A stretch of 58,488 nt of DNA, counting the filler, from Candidatus Hydrogenedentota bacterium (GTDB taxonomy: Bacteria > JBFMHD01): NCBI GenBank assembly GCA_040752395.1. It is 4 parts of 4 records of this genome, joined end to end, with 100 filler letters (N's around TTAATTAATTAA, not from the genome) between each part and the next. Parts side by side here need not be neighbours in the genome. Positions count along the whole stretch, not along the records: positions 37,707 to 48,049 come from JBFMHD010000091.1; positions 48,150 to 58,488 come from JBFMHD010000092.1; 2 more parts are not named here. One strand, given 5' to 3'. The first letter of the stretch is position 1. The number at the start of each line of letters is the position of its first letter. Below, piece after piece: positions 40,133 to 48,322 of the stretch. The translations under genes and the position numbers were made by a program. The notes beneath the pieces were generated by a model that ran no database searches, was not told where the DNA came from, and saw nothing but the letters and a program-made list of their open reading frames with translations.

Positions 40133-40562
40133 AAATAGTCTCAGACATTGAATTATTAAAATTATTAAAACCCTGACATTTCATTATCTTCCTGCAATCT
40201 GATGTTGCAGCAATAATTTTAAGTGGTTTCAGTTTGCGTTTCAATGGGTCGAGAAAAAGCCCCATTATTTTAAGCGTCACTGCACCGAGCAGATTAGTAT
40301 CTCCAGGCTCGCCGAATATAACCGTAGAGTCTCTGCGTTTGCCTGCAATTGTGAATGCCACTTCGCCTATCATTCGTTTGACCTCGCTGCCATGCGCAAG
40401 AGATAGAATGATTTCGTCATCCGGTCGTATACCTATTTTAGTTAAAATTTTTTTATCAATCATAGAATATGTCGCACTGCTGTCAACTAAACACCTGACT
40501 CTTTTTTCGAGTTTGGATTTTTTCGGGTTCGAGACTGAAACCACTAAATACGTTATGCCCAT
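40119..40562 (-). CDS. Retropepsin-like (clan AA) aspartic protease, degenerate DSS motif
   Basis: LVDSSATYS, LLGAVTL, LDP. Confidence 0.75.
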   Translation of the reverse strand: MGITYLVVSVSNPKKSKLEKRVRCLVDSSATYSMIDKKILTKIGIRPDDEIILSLAHGSEVKRMIGEVAFTIAGKRRDSTVIFGEPGDTNLLGAVTLKIMGLFLDPLKRKLKPLKIIAATSDCRKIMKCQGFNNFNNSMSETIYEAR

Positions 40563-40590
40563 AATAAAACCTCTTATGACGACTTAGAAG

Positions 40591-41031
40591 TTAAGACCAA
40601 AAATCGGGTTCTGAATAATAACAATCCACAATCCATTTACCGTCATTGGCAGGATTGGGAATTATTTTGTGCGACCTGGGTTCCACAACAAAATCCATCT
40701 CCTCTAAAACCAGGTATCCTATTAACGGCGGCGTGGTCCCGTCATTTTCCATTACATCCATTTGTATAGTCCGACCATTTATAGTTATAGCTGCAACTGA
40801 GAAAATCCGTCTTTTTACAATCCCATTTGCAGTTTTTACGGGTTTGGTATCGGTATGTAATAATCCGAGATTCTCTATTACTTTTGGCGGCAGACATAAA
40901 TATGCCGCTCCGGTATCCACAATCGCATCCACCTCCACCTTTCTTATTTTCCCTTTTTTAAGAATCCCTTCTTTGTTTTTTAAAATATCACCGAAATTTT
41001 TTAGAATTACTTTCTGATATGTTTTACCCAT
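40591..41031 (-). CDS. Retropepsin-like (clan AA) aspartic protease
   Basis: IVDTGAAYL, LIGYLVLE. Confidence 0.85.
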   Translation of the reverse strand: MGKTYQKVILKNFGDILKNKEGILKKGKIRKVEVDAIVDTGAAYLCLPPKVIENLGLLHTDTKPVKTANGIVKRRIFSVAAITINGRTIQMDVMENDGTTPPLIGYLVLEEMDFVVEPRSHKIIPNPANDGKWIVDCYYSEPDFWS

Positions 41032-41057
41032 TGACTAATTACTCCTCTGAAAAGTCT

Positions 41058-41198
41058 CTAGTGGCTTGTGACATAAATTTCAGCACATTGTCATTCCCCG
41101 GCTTGACCGTGAAATCTAGTAAAAGCGTATGGATTCCCGCTTTCGCGGGAATGACATAAAAAAATCTACGGTCAGAAATTAATGTCACAATGTTCTAG
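41058..41198. mobile_element. CTAG-flanked MITE-like element enclosing a GTCATTCCC…GGGAATGAC palindrome
   Basis: TIR TTGTGACATAAATTTC (41066-41081) / GAAATTAATGTCACAA (41175-41190); core 41090-41155. Confidence 0.75.
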
Positions 41199-41572
41199 AA
41201 TGTTCGTAATTGCTTCAATCTTACCGCAGGAAGACGTTTCAGTCGTTGATTTTGAGGATCAATCTCAATGCCTACTGACTCTAATGCTGTTACCCCAAGA
41301 ATCGGTTCTACGTCGTCTTTGCCGAAAATTACCGTTGCTCCAACAAATTCTCCCATAAATTCTATCTTTGCAACCGCGATATCTAAGGCTACTTCAGTTC
41401 CGTCTGCCAACTCATACGTTCGTTTACCTTCGGGTTTTATACCTAAATCTCTGAGTTTATTGCCCGGAACTATGCAATCAATGGCTCCTGTATCAACCAA
41501 AAATAATCCTTCATAGCGACGTTCTGAATCTGCCGGATTACAAACCGCAGCCGTTACTTTTGTAATTCCCAT
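41195..41572 (-). CDS. Retropepsin-like (clan AA) aspartic protease
   Basis: LVDTGAID, LADG, ILGVTALE. Confidence 0.88.
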   Translation of the reverse strand: MGITKVTAAVCNPADSERRYEGLFLVDTGAIDCIVPGNKLRDLGIKPEGKRTYELADGTEVALDIAVAKIEFMGEFVGATVIFGKDDVEPILGVTALESVGIEIDPQNQRLKRLPAVRLKQLRTF

Positions 41573-41582
41573 TGCTTTAATC

Positions 41583-41975
41583 CTCCTCTGAAAAACGCTG
41601 TAACTCTAATAATTCGGGGTACAGGCTACGGACTACAGCCAGCTGGAGCAAAAAGCCCAAAGCCTGCTGAAAAGTCTTGAGTCTTGAGTCTCGAGTCCTG
41701 TTTTGACTCACGACTTGCGACTTGTGACTCTTTTCATATCATCTTTAGTTTTTCATATATTGTGTAGAGCGCAAAAACGCAAGAACGCAATAACCCAAGA
41801 ACGCAATAGTGTAGAGCGCAAAGTGCGCTCATGAGTACTCCTTCGAACAAGTTCGAAGTTCGGAGTTCAAAGCTCGGAGCTCGGATCTATTATTACGAAC
41901 TCCTAACCCCTATCTTTTTCATACTTTGTGCCTCTGTGCCTACTCTGAAAAGTAAGAAGTAAGAAGTGAGAAGCA
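41583..41975. repeat. Stack of SD-anchored modules with at least five different short-repeat types
   Basis: 41583-41842 is homologous to 1091-1305; then GAAGTTC/GGAGCTC, TTGTGCCT and AAGAAGT blocks delimited by GAAAA/TTTTCA. Confidence 0.85.
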
Positions 41976-42344
41976 TCAGAAAATAGAAGCAAGAAGCATA
42001 GGTAAAGGTTTTAATTGGCGTTTCAGCGGATCAAGAATTAAACCTAAAGCTTCAAGCGTAAAAGCGCCGAGAAGCGTGCTGTCGTCATGTTCGCCGAAAA
42101 TAACGTCAGCACCGCCGATTTTATCCTGATACTTAAAGAGCGCTATCCCTTTCTTCCTTTTTATAATCTCTCCGTTTGCCAGTCTGAATTCTTCTTCAGC
42201 TAAAGGCTTAATCCCGAGTTTCTTTAAAATATTGCGAGGAACCACAGAATAAATCGCGCCGGAATCAACTAAAAAATCCACGGTTTCAGTAACCTCGGGT
42301 TTCGCCGGGTTGCCTACTTCAATTTTTAAAATCGTAAGTCCCAT
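41976..42344 (-). CDS. Retropepsin-like (clan AA) aspartic protease
   Basis: LVDSGAIYS, LANG, LLGAFTLE. Confidence 0.88.
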   Translation of the reverse strand: MGLTILKIEVGNPAKPEVTETVDFLVDSGAIYSVVPRNILKKLGIKPLAEEEFRLANGEIIKRKKGIALFKYQDKIGGADVIFGEHDDSTLLGAFTLEALGLILDPLKRQLKPLPMLLASIF

Positions 42345-42409
42345 TTTCTTGCCTCCAAAAAACTGTTAATTAACACTTCCCAAAGCAACAACACCTAAAA
42401 TCAGTTTTG

Positions 42410-42688
42410 TTAAGACTTTCTGCTTGTTTTGGGCAGAGTTTTATCTAAAGTATCTTTAATTTTATGCTCTATACCTTCTTTGAGCATAACAGATACTACT
42501 CGATAATGCTCAGCAATCACCTGTATAGGTGTCCAGTCTTTTAAAGCCCGTCCGTTCCATGCCCAATGAAGTAATGTATGCGCAAATTTTATTTGTCTGG
42601 GATTCTTAATCTCCATAGGGTTTGGAACCTTCACTTTTTTTAGTTCTGAAGGTTTGTAGTTTCTAATCTTTGGCTTTTTACCTTTCAT
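42410..42688 (-). CDS. Small basic hypothetical protein
   Basis: 92-aa ORF with a strong GAGGAGG SD lying inside a repeat module. Confidence 0.6.
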   Translation of the reverse strand: MKGKKPKIRNYKPSELKKVKVPNPMEIKNPRQIKFAHTLLHWAWNGRALKDWTPIQVIAEHYRVVSVMLKEGIEHKIKDTLDKTLPKTSRKS

Positions 42689-42789
42689 TTAATAATACCT
42701 CCTCTGAAAAACATTCTAACTCTAATGATATCAAGTAGAAGCAAGATAACGGAAAAAGAAAGAAGTAAGAAGTTTGGGTTTAGTTAGTT

Positions 42790-43824
42790 TCAGTGGTCAG
42801 CAATATACTTTTCTGCTTCTTTTTTTAAATCAGTATCAGGATATCTTTTAAGTAGTTCTTTATACATATATTTTGCTTTTTCTGTTTCGTTGTTTTTGTC
42901 ATAATATTTAGCCAGGGTTTCAATCGCTGTCATCTGGTAATAACTCATATCTTTTGATTCTACTAAATCACTATAATACTTTACTGCTTCTTCTATTCTG
43001 TTTTTACTTTCAAGTATTTTAGCTAATTTAAAGATTGCTTCAGAGTAGTACTTACCTTCTGGATAAGATACAACGTACATTTCCAGAGTCATTAATAAAT
43101 CTTTTTCTAACTTCAACACATCATAACAGCTTGTTATAGTGTATAGTGCTTCCTCTGCTTCTTCATATTCTTTAGTTAAATTGTTAAATGCCTCTCTTAA
43201 CTCAAGCACGGCCTCTGCCGGATTATCCTTTAGTTTAATCATACCATTATAATATGCCTGCAATCCTTTAGCTATAGGTCCTGTAGAATATATCTCTAAT
43301 TCATCAACAACTTTTTTCAGGGTCTCATAATCCTTTCTTTTTAATAATACTGCTGCTTTTAGTTTTAAGACGTCTTTAATCAATTTTGATGTCGGATAAT
43401 TTTTAACAAATAAATCGCAGGCATTCATAAAAGAATCTATCTGGTTTAATTTTTCATAACATACAATTTTCAGATATGGTGTTAAATCTTTATATTTAAA
43501 ATCCGAATAATTTTCCTCAAAATTTGTCAATTTGGTCAGTGCGTCTTTGTATTTTTTCTTCATTAATAATCCCTGGATCAGGCCGAGTTCTGCTCCTGCA
43601 TTTAAGTTGCTTACGGGATATGCTTTTATAAATTTCTCATATCCTTCAACGCCTTTGTCATACTCTGCCTTTTTTAATTGTTTTTCATATCTGACATAAC
43701 TTTTTTCTTCGTAACATCCAGTAATTAGCAAGAGGCAAGAAGCGAGGAGCAAGAAGCAAGATATTTGTTGCCTTTTCTTGCCTCTTGCATCCTTTGTTAT
43801 CTTGCTTCTTTCGTTATCTTGCAT
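42790..43824 (-). CDS. TPR-repeat lipoprotein (BamD/YbgF-like repeats)
   Basis: Lipobox ITGC; YP-S/YPEG/YPDT TPR turns; probable ATG at 43824 after GAGGTG. Confidence 0.8.
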   Translation of the reverse strand: MQDNERSKITKDARGKKRQQISCFLLLASCLLLITGCYEEKSYVRYEKQLKKAEYDKGVEGYEKFIKAYPVSNLNAGAELGLIQGLLMKKKYKDALTKLTNFEENYSDFKYKDLTPYLKIVCYEKLNQIDSFMNACDLFVKNYPTSKLIKDVLKLKAAVLLKRKDYETLKKVVDELEIYSTGPIAKGLQAYYNGMIKLKDNPAEAVLELREAFNNLTKEYEEAEEALYTITSCYDVLKLEKDLLMTLEMYVVSYPEGKYYSEAIFKLAKILESKNRIEEAVKYYSDLVESKDMSYYQMTAIETLAKYYDKNNETEKAKYMYKELLKRYPDTDLKKEAEKYIADH

Positions 43825-43890
43825 CTTGCTCACCTCTTTTTTGTCTCTTTTACCTCTCTTCTTGATCTTGCATCTTGCCTCTTTCGTTAT

Positions 43891-46518
43891 CTAAAATATC
43901 CTTTGAAGATTTACACTGAATATATCAGCTTTATAATCAAGTTCTGATGATGCCGGTATGTATTTGTCTTTTGAATACTTATATTTTAATAATATAGTAC
44001 TCGTCGATGAAAAATAGTATTGTGCGGTTAAACCATATTCATCCTTGTCTTCTTTCTGAGACGTTGAGTTTATGCGCATAATATTAAACTCTCCTTTTAA
44101 TCTGAATTTACCAGGAAACATATTGTAATCTATGTTCCCGGTATAAAATTCGCTATTCTGTTTAGTAGTCGTAAATTTTATTTTTAAGCTGTTATACGTA
44201 AAAAAAGCAGTTACATTCTTTATCTGTGAAGATGATAAAGTCAGCATCCAGCCATCGCTCTCAAATGAGCTTCTTGTGGTTGTAGTAGAATATAAATTCT
44301 TATCTTTATAATCTGTATTTATAAACATAACACCTATGGAATTTTTTGCGAAAGGCTGCGTCAATCCAATCCAGAATGTAGTATTAGTAATATCAACTTC
44401 CTGAATAGTTGAGGTTGGGTCTTTTGATCGGTTCGAATCATCTTTACGGTAATTATATCCTGCATTAAAAAATGGTAGTTTCTTTCCTATTCTGAAAGAT
44501 AGATTCGTATATAGTTCATCAGTATTGGTCTTGTAGCTCAATTTATGATTCAAATCATTATGATATATTTTATATTCATAATTAAAATTATATTTTTCTT
44601 TAAATACATAACTCTGTTTCAAATAAATGCCCTCTCTGTCTTTTATTGATTTAATACTTAAATTACCTGCATCATCAAAATCCGGGTTAATGCGCTCATA
44701 AGTTAGTTTTGATTTAATCGATTTTATCCTGTGGTTTACTACAACGTTTCCTGCATAATCAGACAATTTTCTGTCAAATGCGCTTCGGACATCGTTATCG
44801 TATAGAGAGCGAGCAAGCTCAGTATGTAGCTCTGTTCTTCCAGTAGGTGAACTCAATCTTCCGTCAATGCTCCACACATAATTTTTTAGCGGTTTCACGC
44901 TTGTCCCTGCATCAGCTATGGAATTTTCATCATCTTCAACAAGTATCAGGCTTGAATTGAAATATGTATAATATGTTGGTTTAGTAACTAATCGCAAGCC
45001 GTAACCGAATTGCTCATAAACGCCATAGGTTGCGAAATCACCGTTCTGAAATGGTATCCTCTCATTTAAGCCCACAGGTCTTGCAAGTCTTCCAGCTACG
45101 ACAGACAAATCTATCTGATTGAAGTTCCTTGTATCTCTTCCTTTTAGTCTATAAAATTCAGCAAGATTAAACTGGTTCTTTGTTACCAGAGCAATGTCAT
45201 CAGGTGATAATCTGTATAAGGCTTTTCTTCTGAATAAATAATCGATCTGAACTCCTCTCATACTCCTATTGTACAACGTATAAGGCGTAAACCTCGGATA
45301 TATATCACCAAAATTAAACTCTAAATTATCTCTATGTATCTCTATTGCAATGGTTTTAGCCTCCCATTTGTCCCAATTGTCATAACCAAGATTTAGATTC
45401 ATTGAGAAATTTGTTCCAAAACTCCTGCCGATGGCAACTAATTCTAGTGCTTCAGCTGAACCAGGTATTAAATTAACAATTTTCCGATTATCTATATCGA
45501 TATATCTGTAGGTAAATCCCATAGAGCCACGAAACTCAGGTGCAAATGTTTTAAGAAATGATACTTTCTTCTTTTCTTTTGTTGGTTCTATGACTTTTTC
45601 TTCTTTTGGTCTGAAAGTTTTGAATCTGAATGTTGAGTCAATTCTGTGTGTTGTACCTATGTCACCATAAGGTACGTATGCATAAGCTATCTCTAAATTC
45701 TCTGTCTTAAACCCTATGCCACCAGTTAATGCGTCTTTCTTTTCACCGTCATAATTTATCCTGTATCCTGCTCTTAAACATAATAAATCATTGAGCCAGA
45801 ATTCAGCCCCGAGATTCTCTCTGAATTTTTTATCGCCTTTTTCTTTTAAGAAATCACAGGCCGCAGTAAACCTGCGGCCTGGGCTAATATAAGATACTCC
45901 ATAAACCTGCATTTCAGGTAAAGGATCGCCTTCCTGAATAAATTTGATATCCCCGGAGATATTTCGGAACGCCACCCCTACCCTGAAATGCGGCTCAAAT
46001 GGCAAAGTAAATAAGAGACCTGCATCATATGATATTGTAGAATCTTTATATGTATAGAGCTTCTGTTGAACCCATTTCACAGTCCCACCTAAAGATATGC
46101 TATCCATTACTTTAAACCCTAAAGATAAATTAGCTGCGAAATCTGTATTGTGAAATGGGTATAATGTTTGGGTTTGAGTTCTCACCTCATCCTCTGTACG
46201 CGATAAAATAAAACTCGTTTGTAATCCTATGCTCTTTGTTAATGACACACCATAACCAAGATAGTTATATTTCGTTGCACCTAAATATTCCATATGTAGA
46301 GCGGTTATTTCATGCTTTGTTAGATATGGCAGGCCTGCGGGATTATAGAAAGCACCGATACCGCCTTCAGCTACGCCGGTATAAGCCTCACCCATACCCG
46401 AGGCTCGTGCACCCACACCAATGGTCAAAAATCGTGCTGAAGTAGTTCCGACGCCAGCACTGGTTTTAGACTGGAGTAATACTAAAAATATACTCCCAAT
46501 AATCAAACTTTTTTTCAA
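43891..46518 (-). CDS. PorV/PorQ-like barrel domain fused to a second large beta-barrel domain
   Basis: FLTIGVGARASGMGEA…YNPAGL…LRAGY…YAYVPYGDIGTTHR; C-terminal Phe. Confidence 0.75.
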   Translation of the reverse strand: MKKSLIIGSIFLVLLQSKTSAGVGTTSARFLTIGVGARASGMGEAYTGVAEGGIGAFYNPAGLPYLTKHEITALHMEYLGATKYNYLGYGVSLTKSIGLQTSFILSRTEDEVRTQTQTLYPFHNTDFAANLSLGFKVMDSISLGGTVKWVQQKLYTYKDSTISYDAGLLFTLPFEPHFRVGVAFRNISGDIKFIQEGDPLPEMQVYGVSYISPGRRFTAACDFLKEKGDKKFRENLGAEFWLNDLLCLRAGYRINYDGEKKDALTGGIGFKTENLEIAYAYVPYGDIGTTHRIDSTFRFKTFRPKEEKVIEPTKEKKKVSFLKTFAPEFRGSMGFTYRYIDIDNRKIVNLIPGSAEALELVAIGRSFGTNFSMNLNLGYDNWDKWEAKTIAIEIHRDNLEFNFGDIYPRFTPYTLYNRSMRGVQIDYLFRRKALYRLSPDDIALVTKNQFNLAEFYRLKGRDTRNFNQIDLSVVAGRLARPVGLNERIPFQNGDFATYGVYEQFGYGLRLVTKPTYYTYFNSSLILVEDDENSIADAGTSVKPLKNYVWSIDGRLSSPTGRTELHTELARSLYDNDVRSAFDRKLSDYAGNVVVNHRIKSIKSKLTYERINPDFDDAGNLSIKSIKDREGIYLKQSYVFKEKYNFNYEYKIYHNDLNHKLSYKTNTDELYTNLSFRIGKKLPFFNAGYNYRKDDSNRSKDPTSTIQEVDITNTTFWIGLTQPFAKNSIGVMFINTDYKDKNLYSTTTTRSSFESDGWMLTLSSSQIKNVTAFFTYNSLKIKFTTTKQNSEFYTGNIDYNMFPGKFRLKGEFNIMRINSTSQKEDKDEYGLTAQYYFSSTSTILLKYKYSKDKYIPASSELDYKADIFSVNLQRIF

Positions 46519-46629
46519 TTTTTGCTCCGGGGCACTTAAGTAAACCCACGCGCCTGGCCGCCGCGTGTGGGTAAAATTATCTGTATCTATCTACAATATT
46601 ATTATACATTTCTAATATTCAGTCAAATA

Positions 46630-46741
46630 TTTTTTAAGAGTCTAAAGTCTAAAGAACAGCTCTTGTGACCCTCTTTACATTATATTGATTATATTGAAAT
46701 TACAAAGTGCTCACTACAATTTTTTCACACGTTCTGAGGGA
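46630..46741. repeat. Repeat block: inverted copy of about 24718-24780 fused to a MITE right end
   Basis: 46661-46706 is the exact reverse complement of 24718-24763; GTGCTCACTACAATTTTTTCACACGTTCTGAGGG is also at 24620-24653. Confidence 0.85.
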
Positions 46742-47755
46742 TTACATTTTTACTTTATTAAGAATATAACCTATATAAAATGAAACTATTATTAAAAATA
46801 AATAGATACCCAAAGCTGTAAAACGGTTAACCTGGACTATACATAAAGCAAGTAAACCAAAACCCGTTTCTAATAAATAGAATAAATTTACGATTGTATT
46901 TTTATCCATACCTGATTTAAGCATCCGCAAACCAAGATGGTCAGGACTGCCAAGTAGTATTGATTTTCCTTGAGAAAATCGCAAGATTATAACATAAATC
47001 GTATCATAAAGCGGGATACCTAATATTAGAAGCGGGATAAAAAAGCCTAAATCGTTGACTTTAGTATAACTCATCTCCAGACTCATAATACCAAAGACGA
47101 CACCAAGAAATAAACTACCTGTATTACCCATATAAATTTTAGCATCTCTATAATTATATGTGAGAAACCCAAGAAGACTTAAAGCAAGAAAAATAGCTGT
47201 GATCGATAAAAAATAATTATCAGAGAGAATCCCGAGTAAACTGAAAGTTATTGCAATAATTACAGAGACACCGGCTGCTAAACCATCCATTATATCTATA
47301 ATATTTATCGAATTTATAACACCTATAAGCCAGAATATAGATAAAACTATGTTTAGCCAGTACGGAAACATTACCAATCTCATTCTTATATCTATTTTTA
47401 TTATTATTACAAAAATAATTACAAGTTCTAATATAAGTTTTGTTATTGCCTTTAAATGTTTTATATCATCAATTATTCCTATAATAGTTATATATATCCC
47501 ACTATATAATAATGCATTAAAATAATTCGTAGTTCGTTCATCTTTTAGTTTCAAATTAATAAATAAATAGATGATTGTCACAAGGAAAGTAATGATAAAA
47601 CTCAAACCACCGATTGTAGGTACTGGTTTTTTATGGGTTTTAAGCTTATCATCTGGTATATCAAGAATGCGATATTTATAAAATGTTTTTATAAATATAT
47701 TTGTCAGTATGAGGCTTATAAAAAAATTTAAAATGCTAATAATAATATAAATCAT
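46742..47755 (-). CDS. wecA: Undecaprenyl-phosphate GlcNAc-1-phosphate transferase (WecA/TagO, MraY family)
   Basis: HKKPVPTIGG, GIIDD, NIIDIMDGLA, IYMGNTGS, DHL. Confidence 0.85.
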   Translation of the reverse strand: MIYIIISILNFFISLILTNIFIKTFYKYRILDIPDDKLKTHKKPVPTIGGLSFIITFLVTIIYLFINLKLKDERTTNYFNALLYSGIYITIIGIIDDIKHLKAITKLILELVIIFVIIIKIDIRMRLVMFPYWLNIVLSIFWLIGVINSINIIDIMDGLAAGVSVIIAITFSLLGILSDNYFLSITAIFLALSLLGFLTYNYRDAKIYMGNTGSLFLGVVFGIMSLEMSYTKVNDLGFFIPLLILGIPLYDTIYVIILRFSQGKSILLGSPDHLGLRMLKSGMDKNTIVNLFYLLETGFGLLALCIVQVNRFTALGIYLFLIIVSFYIGYILNKVKM

Positions 47756-48049
47756 AACTTACCAAATATAGGTATTACATTGAAATAGTCTATATTTAAG
47801 CCCTCATGGTTCAATGGTATAGCATTAAAAAAAGCATCTTTCAGGGCTGATTTTTGAAACAAAGATATTGTGCATCTGCAATTTATATGAAACGGTGGCA
47901 GAATTTTCAATATGGTTTCATCATTAAAATCAATATACTTACAATGTATGTGTTTACAAAGGCTGCAGGTTTGAAAATCATCAAATGAGATATAAACAAA
48001 GACATATTCATCACCCTGTTTTATAGTTTCTTTTAATGCTAGCAATTTT
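47752..48049 (-). CDS. 5'-truncated protein with a CxxC…PPFHINCRC (MuF-like) motif
   Basis: TCSLC and LPPFHINCRC; runs into the contig end. Confidence 0.5.
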
Positions 48050-48149
48050 NNNNNNNNNNNNNNNNNNNNNNNNNNNNNNNNNNNNNNNNNNNNTTAATTA
48101 ATTAANNNNNNNNNNNNNNNNNNNNNNNNNNNNNNNNNNNNNNNNNNNN
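48050..48149. other. Artificial contig-joining linker
   Basis: N44-TTAATTAATTAA-N44. Confidence 0.97.
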
Positions 48150-48285
48150 AGTTTTTCATCCTTTGTGTAGAACGCAAAAACGCAATAACCCAATAACACA
48201 AGAACCCAATAACACAATAGTGTAGAGCGCAACCCGCGCTTATGTTGACTCCTTCGAAAAAGTAAGAAGTAAGAAGTATCAGAAA
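48150..48285. repeat. SD-anchored element (CAATAAC-type plus AAGAAGT block), cut by the contig end
   Basis: Homologous to 6342-6446 and 41748-41845. Confidence 0.85.
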
Positions 48286-48322
48286 AAATTTTAATCTTTT
48301 AATCTCTCAATTTTTAAACATA

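Noticed and set aside
37707-42790. Classical integron
   Set aside because: No tyrosine recombinase in the window and no clear RYYYAAC…GTTRRRY attC pairs by eye; kept only as an analogy.
46543-46572. GC-rich hairpin upstream of the PorV-barrel gene as a riboswitch or terminator
   Set aside because: Single stem-loop with no recognisable aptamer and only a short U-tract; function cannot be supported.
10636-48149. Recurrent TTAATTAATTAA palindrome within N runs
   Set aside because: Identical 100-nt artificial linker with six-frame stops; not biological. Genes across linkers cannot be assumed adjacent.
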